Position numbers and translations under genes: made by a program
Source of the DNA: a virus
Taxonomy: Duplodnaviria > Caudoviricetes
Reading direction: 5' to 3' (one strand)
IMG/VR virus record: IMGVR_UViG_3300037264_002561
Span: 895 to 64,894 of that record
DNA length: 64,000 nt
Shown: positions 53,136 through 61,036 of the stretch, piece by piece
How positions within the stretch are numbered: the stretch's first letter is position 1
Layout: each line of letters begins with the position of its first letter
The notes under the pieces: generated by a model
Seen by the model: only the letters and a program-made list of their open reading frames with translations
Told to the model about the DNA's origin: nothing
The model's database searches: none

Positions 53136-53716
53136 CGCACTTCCTCTAGTCGGTTCACGAGATCGATGAGAGACCTGTCATTACTATTGAGGTTTCCATA
53201 GAGGCGAAACGGATTTGACGTCGGTTCGACCCGAAAGTACTCTCGCACTTCACCGGCCGTTAGCGACCGTCTTTCGGTGATGAAGCTCGACGATACCCCG
53301 AGGACCACTCCGATAGCCCTCCCTTCGTGTGGCAAGAAGAAGGCGATTAGGCCCCCAATGTAGAGCCGAACGATGTCAGCGGAGGGACGACTGATCCTCT
53401 GGATGCGTTCAGCCATGAAGAGGGCTTGATCCTCGCTGAACCCGGGCTTCGTCTTGGGGCCTATCACGACCGTATCGTCACGAGTTGGAAGCGAAGCAAC
53501 GAACTTGTTTTCCAAGAACAGGGGAATACCTTCAAGGTGCCCCATGATGTCGCATTGGCCCCGCTTAAAGGCCGTCCCGACGATCTTGATCGCATCCCCA
53601 CTAGGCCCTTCACTCAGAGCCTCGCACACCTTCTTGTTGAACGAGCCCTCTGAGGTTCCGAAGGTGAGACGATCACCTTGCTGGAAGTCGAGCCAGACAT
53701 TCCGTTCGCTTCCCAT
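53132..53716 (-). CDS. PD-(D/E)XK nuclease, probable Holliday junction resolvase
   Basis: SE..F, GQCDI...LFLENK, S..Q..F. Confidence 0.6.
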   Translation of the reverse strand: MGSERNVWLDFQQGDRLTFGTSEGSFNKKVCEALSEGPSGDAIKIVGTAFKRGQCDIMGHLEGIPLFLENKFVASLPTRDDTVVIGPKTKPGFSEDQALFMAERIQRISRPSADIVRLYIGGLIAFFLPHEGRAIGVVLGVSSSFITERRSLTAGEVREYFRVEPTSNPFRLYGNLNSNDRSLIDLVNRLEEVR

Positions 53717-53717
53717 G

Positions 53718-54704
53718 TCATACCACCGGGCTCTTGAACTTCTTGAGGACCATGACTACCTCGCTTGCGTTGGCGATGACGGCTGCAACGTGCAGCCGGA
53801 TGAAGGGGCCTGCGTAGATCCCACTGAGCTTGTAGACGTTCTGGGCCGCCACGGGACCATACTCTTTCTCGAAAGCCGGGAGATCGAGGGCTGCGACTGG
53901 GTCGCTATAGACGTCGAGACCCTTGGTGGCTGTATCGAACTCACTCTGGCTCGCGAACTTCATCCAAGACAGTTCGCGACTATCCCACTGGCTGATGAAG
54001 GTGGCCGCGCTCAGACCATTCGGACTCTCATAGCGGAGTTGGGAGAGCGCCCCCTGAAGCTCGAGTAGCTTCTCGATCTGCTTCGTGGTTGGGTAGTCCC
54101 CCGACTCCACCGGAGGAGCCTTCGCCTTGGGAGCTTCGGCGGATCCAGGAGAGAAGGACTCGATCGGGAGCACTCCTCGCGGGAGTTCCTTGATGGAGAC
54201 GGACGTGTGGATGGCGAACTTCATCCGGCCGAACTTCTTCTGGTCATCCCACCAGATGTAGACGAGCCGCACGAGCCGGCTATCGAACGTCTCGTCCGAA
54301 TTGGGTGCCTTCTTGTAGGCCGTCATCCAGACTTGGCCGGTCTCGAGCCACTCCTTGACGGCCACGTTGGCGTGACATGCCTTCTTGGTGAAGGGGTCCT
54401 TGGAGGGGACGTGCCCGAGACGCAGCTTCGTCCAGGAGCCATCCTTCTGTTGGCGCCAACAGAAGATGACCACGGCGTTCTCGTCATGCTCGTTGTTGGG
54501 ATCGTGCTCGATCCCGAACCGGAAGAGGTTCCACGGCTCTTTCTTGCCTTCGTTCTGCCAGACGACCCGATGGATGGCCAAGAACGCGGCCTTCCGCTCT
54601 GGCTCCATCGTGAAACCGACGCAATCGACGAACCAGGCGCGTTCTTCCTTCTTGACCATGGTCTTCTCGTAGAGGGCGCGCTTCTCTTCGTAGGCCTGGC
54701 TCAT
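53718..54704 (-). CDS. HIRAN-domain protein
   Basis: VGF...EHDPNNEHDENAV.I...LGHVP. Confidence 0.7.
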   Translation of the reverse strand: MSQAYEEKRALYEKTMVKKEERAWFVDCVGFTMEPERKAAFLAIHRVVWQNEGKKEPWNLFRFGIEHDPNNEHDENAVVIFCWRQQKDGSWTKLRLGHVPSKDPFTKKACHANVAVKEWLETGQVWMTAYKKAPNSDETFDSRLVRLVYIWWDDQKKFGRMKFAIHTSVSIKELPRGVLPIESFSPGSAEAPKAKAPPVESGDYPTTKQIEKLLELQGALSQLRYESPNGLSAATFISQWDSRELSWMKFASQSEFDTATKGLDVYSDPVAALDLPAFEKEYGPVAAQNVYKLSGIYAGPFIRLHVAAVIANASEVVMVLKKFKSPVV

Positions 54705-54705
54705 G

Positions 54706-56205
54706 TCAATCCTTCCCACCCCCGAGCCATTCGTTGCTCGGGACGTCGAAGTCATCCACCGTCGAGGCCATATCCTGAGCCTCGGGGAGGAGGAGTTTGT
54801 TCCGTAGGTTCATCAGCTCGATCTCGAAGTTGGCGAAGTTGCGGGCCCAGACTGCCTTCAGCTTCAGGACCCCCTTCTCTCGGACAAGGTGCCAGGCCGC
54901 GTCGAACGCATCTTCGAGCTGGTCCGAACCCCGGGTGTGCCCCTTGCGCTCTCCACTGGTCTTGAGCTGCGCGGCCGCCACGATGGCGCAGTTGTAGGTC
55001 TGGGCGTAGCTCTTCAGGGTCTCGACGATGTGGTTCAGCCGAAGATCGTCGCGGGTGATTTCCTTCGTCCAGGGCTTGCGCATGATGTGGATATGGTCGA
55101 TGAGGACGAGCCCCACGTCCTCGCCCTGGCTCTTGCGCAGATCGAGTTCGGCCTTGATGTCGTCGAGGCTGATCTGACCAATGGGGCGATGGAACTGGTA
55201 GATCTCTCCGATCGTTTTCTCGGTCCAGCCCTTCTCGTACTGGTCGGCGATGGCGTGGATCCGTTCCAAGTCGGTGTCGGAGATCGTCCCCTTGAGGAAC
55301 TCCTCCCATTCACAGCCGGCTTGCTGGCAGAAGAACTTGTCGAGCCACTTCTCCTTGTCGTCCTCCATGGCGAACACCTGGATGCCAACTTTGGAGCGCG
55401 CTCCTTCTCCACCGGTCATGAGGAGGCTGATCGTCTTCCCAGTCTTGCGCTCAGCGAAGATCCCGTACAACTCTCCGCGTTTCCAACCGTCTGTGATCCG
55501 CGTCACCGTTGGCCAAGGAGTCGGGATTCCGAAGGTAAAACCCTCACCCCCAGCGTCCCGGACCTTCTTTCGTTCTTTGAGCCGATCGAGCGACTTGCGG
55601 ATGCCGGCGGAAGTGGTCCCTCGGTCGAGCTGGTTGCCTCCAGTGGCCCGCAGGACGTTCTCTCGCATGATGTCCTGCAAGAACCAGACCTTCTCCGAGA
55701 ACCCACGCTCGTTGTCCTGGAGGTACTTGCAGTTGCTCCAGACAGGACACCCCTTGCAGAGCTCGTGCTTTCCATGGTCGAGCTTGCACGTGAAGAAGCG
55801 AACCGCCACTTCCTTGGCATTCACGAGGGTTCGCCAGCGGCGATGTCGTTCGATTAGGTCGTCGAGGAGGTAGGGGAGATCCTGGGGCCGGACTTCCTCG
55901 GCCAGCACTTCTGCGATCACTTGCTTGGTCTTGAGGAGGACGAGATCGCCCTCTTTGTTCCCCTTCTCCTGTTCTTCGGCGGCCGTCTTCTCGATCAGGA
56001 TCTTCACGGGGATCGTCTGGCCGTAGTTCCCAAAGTATTCGACGGCGTGATCGGCGATGCGCTGGAGATAGGGGCCGGCTTCGGACTCGAAGATCTCTTT
56101 CGCTACCTTCTTCTCCCGGTAGCGCCGGGCGAACTCCCCGACCTGGATGAGGCCGCGCACGACCTTCCGTTCGATCGAAGGATCGGGCTCGTAGAAGTTG
56201 CTCAA
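54706..56205 (-). CDS. dnaB: Replicative DnaB-like helicase
   Basis: GIPTPW, GWKRGEL, AERKTGKT, LVLIDHIHIM, AAAQL, SDQLEDAFD. Confidence 0.88.
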   Translation of the reverse strand: MSNFYEPDPSIERKVVRGLIQVGEFARRYREKKVAKEIFESEAGPYLQRIADHAVEYFGNYGQTIPVKILIEKTAAEEQEKGNKEGDLVLLKTKQVIAEVLAEEVRPQDLPYLLDDLIERHRRWRTLVNAKEVAVRFFTCKLDHGKHELCKGCPVWSNCKYLQDNERGFSEKVWFLQDIMRENVLRATGGNQLDRGTTSAGIRKSLDRLKERKKVRDAGGEGFTFGIPTPWPTVTRITDGWKRGELYGIFAERKTGKTISLLMTGGEGARSKVGIQVFAMEDDKEKWLDKFFCQQAGCEWEEFLKGTISDTDLERIHAIADQYEKGWTEKTIGEIYQFHRPIGQISLDDIKAELDLRKSQGEDVGLVLIDHIHIMRKPWTKEITRDDLRLNHIVETLKSYAQTYNCAIVAAAQLKTSGERKGHTRGSDQLEDAFDAAWHLVREKGVLKLKAVWARNFANFEIELMNLRNKLLLPEAQDMASTVDDFDVPSNEWLGGGKD

Positions 56206-56804
56206 ATGGCCACCACCCTCACGACCGGATCAGGCTTCAGGATCTTGGTGATGAGTTCTCCCAAGAGGCCTCCCTGGCGCTCGTGAGCCGAACTCACGAG
56301 GATCGTGGCTCCGGCGTGCTTCTTGATCCTCGTCATGATGCGCGCCTGCACCTCTGCAAACAGTTTTCCGTCCTGGATGTCCGGGTAGAGATTGAGGATC
56401 ACGATACCCCGGAGTCCTCCCTCAAACTCGGGCTCTTGCTCAGGATCGAGGAGAGTGCTCGCGTCGAGGTAGGAGGGGATCCAGCTCTGTTGGATGGTGA
56501 TCTGCTTGGCGAAGGCGAGAGCAGCTACCAAGCTCTGTGACCCAACGATCTTGACCGCTCGGCGCCCCAAGAGAGCTCCCAAGATGCTCTTCTCGACCAT
56601 CGCTTTGGAACTCGCTTCGTCAAAACGGAGGCAGGACATCATCTTCTTGGGGGTCTGATGAACGCACACCCCACTGGGATGCAAACGACTTACGGGAGAA
56701 GAGAGCCAGATGAAGTAGCCCTCGACGAGTCGATCGAGCTCTGGAGCTCCTGGAGCGACAACCCCTATCATCAGCTTCTTCCGGATTTCAGCTCTGGTCA
56801 GCAT
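56202..56804 (-). CDS. Hypothetical, possibly degenerate helicase loader
   Basis: Directly upstream of helicase; alpha/beta pattern without intact Walker A. Confidence 0.5.
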   Translation of the reverse strand: MLTRAEIRKKLMIGVVAPGAPELDRLVEGYFIWLSSPVSRLHPSGVCVHQTPKKMMSCLRFDEASSKAMVEKSILGALLGRRAVKIVGSQSLVAALAFAKQITIQQSWIPSYLDASTLLDPEQEPEFEGGLRGIVILNLYPDIQDGKLFAEVQARIMTRIKKHAGATILVSSAHERQGGLLGELITKILKPDPVVRVVAI

Positions 56805-56805
56805 G

Positions 56806-58140
56806 TTAGACCTTGAACTTTGCCTTGCAGGTGTCTTGGAACTCGACCGCGAAGGGGGCGTAGGGACACGTCTTGGTCGTCTTGAGCTTGTCGGCCAAGT
56901 TAATCTTGGCGATCGCTATCGCTTGCTTTCCGGTTGCTACCCGGGCTGCGGCCGTCTCGGCATTCCGTTGGGCCTGTTCCAGTCCACAAAGAAGCCCTTG
57001 CTGATCGCTCGTCCGCATAACAAGGTCTTGTAGTTCCCCGAGAGCCGACAAGGCCCCCGAACAACTCCCGGCTCGGATGCGTGATTGAATGGAGGCCAGG
57101 GAGCGTTCAGCTCGAAGGAAGCGATCTGGCAGATCGAGCTGAATCCTCGAACGGAGAACCTCGAGCTGGGAGTGTTCCTCACGTAGTCGACGAACGTCGG
57201 CGAGGCGGCCCAGCTTTTCACGAAGTCCCTCCAGAGCTCGGAGCCGTTCGGCAACTCCGCGAAGTAGGGAGCGATTGTGGTCGAGACGGACTTGCTTGGC
57301 TCGGGCATCATCGTAGGCGGCTCGCAACTCTGGCAAGCCATCGAACGCCATCGTTCGAGCATGGAGGTCTCGGACTCGTTCATAGGTTCTTGCGACTCCA
57401 TCGAGAAGTCGTCGTGTCTCAAGAACCTGTCCTTCGCCACGTTCTACCTCCTTGGCGATCCCCTCGACCTCTTCCAAGAGGGACGAATAGTTCGTCTCCC
57501 CGCGGATCAAGTCGAGTTCGCTCTCAGTCTCCCTCTTGAGAGCTTCGAGTGTTTTGGCCTCTCCCTCGAGCCGTTCCTTCGTGATCTTGTGGACTCGGCC
57601 CCCTTCATCGAAGAGGTGCTGGTCCGTAACCGAGCCAAGGATTTTGACACGAGTGGCCCCTGTGTATCCAGCCCCGATCAAGAAAGGGCCGCGGTCGGGG
57701 ATCTGTTCGCTCAGGTTGAGTGAGAACTCCGTCTTGTCCTCGAAGACAATGGGCTGCATCGCGAAGATCGCTTCGACCTGGGGAGGGAGGTTCTGCTTGA
57801 GGGAGGGAAAGGGCGTCGTCTTGCCCCCCCGGGTGACTTCGTAGAACTGGCTCCTCGGTACCAGAACACCCTTTTCATCCTCGGTCCGTTGTCGGGCGAT
57901 CGTTACGACCTCCCCATCGTCCAGCTCGAAGTCCCCCTCAACGCGGCACGGCTCCTTGCTCAAGCGAGCCCAGGTACTCACCGTCATGGGGGTGAAGTAG
58001 ATCAAACTCTCCAAACCCCGCAGAAGAGCTGTCTTACCGACGTCGTTGTCGCCCTGGACGCCTGTGACGCCGTCGTGAAGAAAGATCTCGGTGTCCTTGT
58101 GGGACTGGAAGTTCTTGAACCTAAGCCGGCGGATTCGCAC
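56806..58140 (-). CDS. sbcC: SbcC/Rad50-like ATPase, N-terminal half
   Basis: FKNFQSH, GDNDVGKTALLRGL Walker A, Q-loop region, long coiled coil ending KTCPY; GGAGG RBS + GTG. Confidence 0.85.
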   Translation of the reverse strand: MRIRRLRFKNFQSHKDTEIFLHDGVTGVQGDNDVGKTALLRGLESLIYFTPMTVSTWARLSKEPCRVEGDFELDDGEVVTIARQRTEDEKGVLVPRSQFYEVTRGGKTTPFPSLKQNLPPQVEAIFAMQPIVFEDKTEFSLNLSEQIPDRGPFLIGAGYTGATRVKILGSVTDQHLFDEGGRVHKITKERLEGEAKTLEALKRETESELDLIRGETNYSSLLEEVEGIAKEVERGEGQVLETRRLLDGVARTYERVRDLHARTMAFDGLPELRAAYDDARAKQVRLDHNRSLLRGVAERLRALEGLREKLGRLADVRRLREEHSQLEVLRSRIQLDLPDRFLRAERSLASIQSRIRAGSCSGALSALGELQDLVMRTSDQQGLLCGLEQAQRNAETAAARVATGKQAIAIAKINLADKLKTTKTCPYAPFAVEFQDTCKAKFKV

Positions 58141-58495
58141 TGAACCCCTCCGAGAGTTTGGATAGCCGGGCGCCCTCGACCATGATGAGGCGCAAGAGAG
58201 CCCAGGCCCCCTCGCTGAAACGGTCGAAGCTGGCTTCCAACTCTTTGGCTGGAAGGTCGCCACCATTCTTGGCTTTTCGCGAGAGGAAGACGACCATCCT
58301 GAACCCAGTCGACAACATATCGAGGAGCTGAAGAGCCTCCTCGGAGTCCATCCTCTCGAGAACCTTCCCATCGAACCCGAGAGACTTCGCAAGCTCTCCG
58401 ATCCGAATGGATCCGAGGATGATGTTGTGGAAGTCCTGGATACAGCTCACGTCGACCGTCTTCACGATTGGAGAGGGGGGTCCTTCACTCGACAT
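58121..58495 (-). CDS. Hypothetical helical protein
   Basis: Fills recA-sbcC gap with short overlaps. Confidence 0.55.
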   Translation of the reverse strand: MSSEGPPSPIVKTVDVSCIQDFHNIILGSIRIGELAKSLGFDGKVLERMDSEEALQLLDMLSTGFRMVVFLSRKAKNGGDLPAKELEASFDRFSEGAWALLRLIMVEGARLSKLSEGFSANPPA

Positions 58496-59669
58496 CGACG
58501 TCCCCATTCACCGCGAACTCCGTCGGGTCGACTTCGGCCGTGAGGTTCTCAGTCTCCAGGGTGGCGTCCTTGGACTGGATGGCGTCCTGGATCTTGTCCA
58601 GGAGCTCCTTGTTCTCGCGCAGGAGCGTTCGGCACGCTTCCTTGCCCTGCCCCAAACGCTCTCCAGCGAAGCCGTAGAAGGAGCCAGACTGTTCGATGAC
58701 CCCCATCCGGAGGGCTTCCTCGAACACGGCCACCGCGATGCTGATCCCCTCACCGAAGATGATCGGCAAGTCCGCAGCCCCGAACTGGGGGCCGATCTTG
58801 CTCTTGATGACCTTGATCTTGGTCATCATGCCGATCATCTCGTCGCCCTGAAGGATCTTACGACCCTTGTAGGCCTTCAGCCGTAGGCCATACGCATGAC
58901 GGAGCCGCTTGCCTCCCGGGGTGTCCGTGGGGTCTTCCCAGGCTTGGGCATTCATCTTGGCCCGCACCTGATTGATCGCCACGAGGGCGCAGCCGCGCTT
59001 CCAGATGGGGCTGGCGGTCTTCATCAGCAAGCGGTTGATGAGATTGACTGAGTCGGCCCGGATCTGAGTCTCGTCCATCGGCTTGTCGATGTTCTGCTTG
59101 GAGTTCATCACCCCGAACGAATCGATCACGATGATGTCCGCGACGGAGGCCCAAGTGCGAGCCATCTCGGCCGCCTCATCTCCGTCATGAGCGATGAAGT
59201 AGTCCCACGTCCCGAGGTTCACGCCGATCTTGCGGGCGTACTCTGAGTCGAGACTCTTCTCCACGTCGATGAAGACGGCATGGGCATCGAAGGTTCGTTG
59301 CGCGTTGGCGATGAACCCCAGGCAGAAGGTCGTCTTTCCTGACGACTCCTCTCCCGAGATCTCTGAAACCATGCCACGTGGGATGCCTCCCCGGGCCGGA
59401 TTCATCTTGGCGATCTGCGCGTCGAGGGCGTGGAACCCTGTCGGGATGACTCGGATCTCGGGCATCGGATGAGCGAACCCACCGATGGCATCCGCTCCGA
59501 ACTTCTTGGCGATGTAGTTGCGAGCCGCCTCCGCCGCCGGGGAGTTCAGCTTCTCCCCGAGCGACATCTCAGCGAAGCTCTTGGGAGCCGTCATCTTGCG
59601 AGCCTTCGCCTTGCGCGGCTCCTTGCGAGCTGTCGTGACCGTTGGTGTTTCACCGTCGATGAGCGGCAT
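58485..59669 (-). CDS. recA: RecA/UvsX recombinase
   Basis: GGIPRG, GEESSGKTT, FIDVE, IVIDS, INQVR, TPGG. Confidence 0.95.
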   Translation of the reverse strand: MPLIDGETPTVTTARKEPRKAKARKMTAPKSFAEMSLGEKLNSPAAEAARNYIAKKFGADAIGGFAHPMPEIRVIPTGFHALDAQIAKMNPARGGIPRGMVSEISGEESSGKTTFCLGFIANAQRTFDAHAVFIDVEKSLDSEYARKIGVNLGTWDYFIAHDGDEAAEMARTWASVADIIVIDSFGVMNSKQNIDKPMDETQIRADSVNLINRLLMKTASPIWKRGCALVAINQVRAKMNAQAWEDPTDTPGGKRLRHAYGLRLKAYKGRKILQGDEMIGMMTKIKVIKSKIGPQFGAADLPIIFGEGISIAVAVFEEALRMGVIEQSGSFYGFAGERLGQGKEACRTLLRENKELLDKIQDAIQSKDATLETENLTAEVDPTEFAVNGDVDVE

Positions 59670-59684
59670 CGTTCCTCCTCGTCA

Positions 59685-59694
59685 GCACTATAGG
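59685..59694 (-). promoter_or_regulatory. CCTATAGTGC motif (putative recA -10), copy 2
   Basis: Intergenic, just upstream of GAGGAGG RBS. Confidence 0.55.
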
Positions 59695-59698
59695 ACCA

Positions 59699-59713
59699 CG
59701 TAATCAGATTACG
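59699..59713. repeat. Dispersed palindrome copy 8, in recA promoter region
   Basis: Perfect CGTAATCAGATTACG between terminator hairpin and -10-like motif. Confidence 0.9.
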
Positions 59714-59717
59714 GAGA

Positions 59718-59751
59718 CAAGGAGGCCCCCAGTTTCCCAGGGGCCTCCTTG
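59718..59751 (-). terminator. Stem-loop after SSB gene
   Basis: CAAGGAGGCCCC-N10-GGGGCCTCCTTG. Confidence 0.7.
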
Positions 59752-59757
59752 CGAACC

Positions 59758-61008
59758 TCAGCCCAGAGAGGGGATGTCGTCCAACCCCTCGAGCTCTCCT
59801 CCCTTGGTGGAGACAGCGAAGGCGTCGAGATCACTCTCTTCGGCCCCCTCTTCTACCACCACTTCCTCACCCTCGGTCGGGGTATCGAGAGGGCTGCTCC
59901 CCTCGACGGCCGCCGCCTCTTCCTTGACTCCCAGCACCTCGTCAAGGGCCCGATGGAGGTGCTCCTGCTTGAAGCGCTCGTAGGAGAGGTCATCCTTCTT
60001 CTCGTTGCCCGGCTGCTTGCGCCAGTCAAGGAGCGAAGGAAGGCTGTCGGTCCCACGCGGCGAGACCTCGAGCATGAGGTTCGGGTAGGCCGCGATGATG
60101 ACCAGGGTCTCTTCCTTGGTGAGAGGAGACGCGGTCTCGTTCGCCCACTTCCAGGACTGGATCTTCCCCTTTCCCGAGACGTGGCATTCGAGCGAGAAGC
60201 CGGTCTTGGGATGGAAGGGGGAACCCAACCGCAGGGGGCACTGGCGGATGTACTCCGGCCGCGTGCTCTTCCGACCGATCTTCTGGTCGAAGGCCATCTG
60301 AGTCATAGCCTTCGCGTTGACGAGGTTGAGGTAGCTCTCGGCCCAGTAGTCCTTGAACTCCACGATCCCGATCGGGTCGACCCAGACCTTCGCCTGATCC
60401 GGAGGAACTCGGCAGTAGCCGCGGGGGTTGACTCCCTCGATCGCCTTCTCCGGGTTCATTCCGATCGCCATCTTCCCCTTCTCCTTCTCGTCCCCCGAGG
60501 CGACGGGGCCGATGTGCTTCACGGCCACGAAGAAGTGGAAGAGGGTCCTCTTGATCGAGCTGTAGTACATCCGGAGCGACTTGGCCCGGATGACGTCCTT
60601 CTGGCTTCCGGTGCTTTTGGCGACGGCTTCGGCCTCCCGGAGCTCCTCCGAGACCTCCTTGGCCCGCACGCAGACCGGGCAGTTGTCGTCGTCCTTCTTG
60701 GCGTTCAGGCAGACGACCGACTCCGTCCCCGGCTTGATGCGAGGGAAGAGCCTCCGCTTCGTGCCAGGCTTGAGCTTGTCGAGGCCCTTGTGACAGGGGA
60801 CGATGTAGGTCGCCCGGGTCTGCCCATAGGCGTTGTTGGGAAGGAAGACGGGCCGAAGGTGGGTCTTGCGTTCGTTCTCGTTCTTCCCTGGGCTCAGGTA
60901 GAAGGTGCGGCTGAAACGCCCGACACCCTCTTCTTCCAGGCGTTCGACTTCGCGGTCGGCGAGTTCCTGGATGTCGTAGATCGAGTCATCGTTCACGTGC
61001 TTCGTCAT
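59758..61008 (-). CDS. Probable ssDNA-binding protein (gp32-like)
   Basis: H...C...CPVC metal site, long acidic tail, adjacent to recA, strong codon bias. Confidence 0.65.
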   Translation of the reverse strand: MTKHVNDDSIYDIQELADREVERLEEEGVGRFSRTFYLSPGKNENERKTHLRPVFLPNNAYGQTRATYIVPCHKGLDKLKPGTKRRLFPRIKPGTESVVCLNAKKDDDNCPVCVRAKEVSEELREAEAVAKSTGSQKDVIRAKSLRMYYSSIKRTLFHFFVAVKHIGPVASGDEKEKGKMAIGMNPEKAIEGVNPRGYCRVPPDQAKVWVDPIGIVEFKDYWAESYLNLVNAKAMTQMAFDQKIGRKSTRPEYIRQCPLRLGSPFHPKTGFSLECHVSGKGKIQSWKWANETASPLTKEETLVIIAAYPNLMLEVSPRGTDSLPSLLDWRKQPGNEKKDDLSYERFKQEHLHRALDEVLGVKEEAAAVEGSSPLDTPTEGEEVVVEEGAEESDLDAFAVSTKGGELEGLDDIPSLG

Positions 61009-61036
61009 CGAAAAGTCCTCTCAGAGTCCCGTTCGC

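Noticed and set aside
2379-59713. Palindromes as CRISPR repeats or transposon ends
   Set aside because: Copies are kilobases apart, with no regular spacers, cas genes, transposase or target-site duplications
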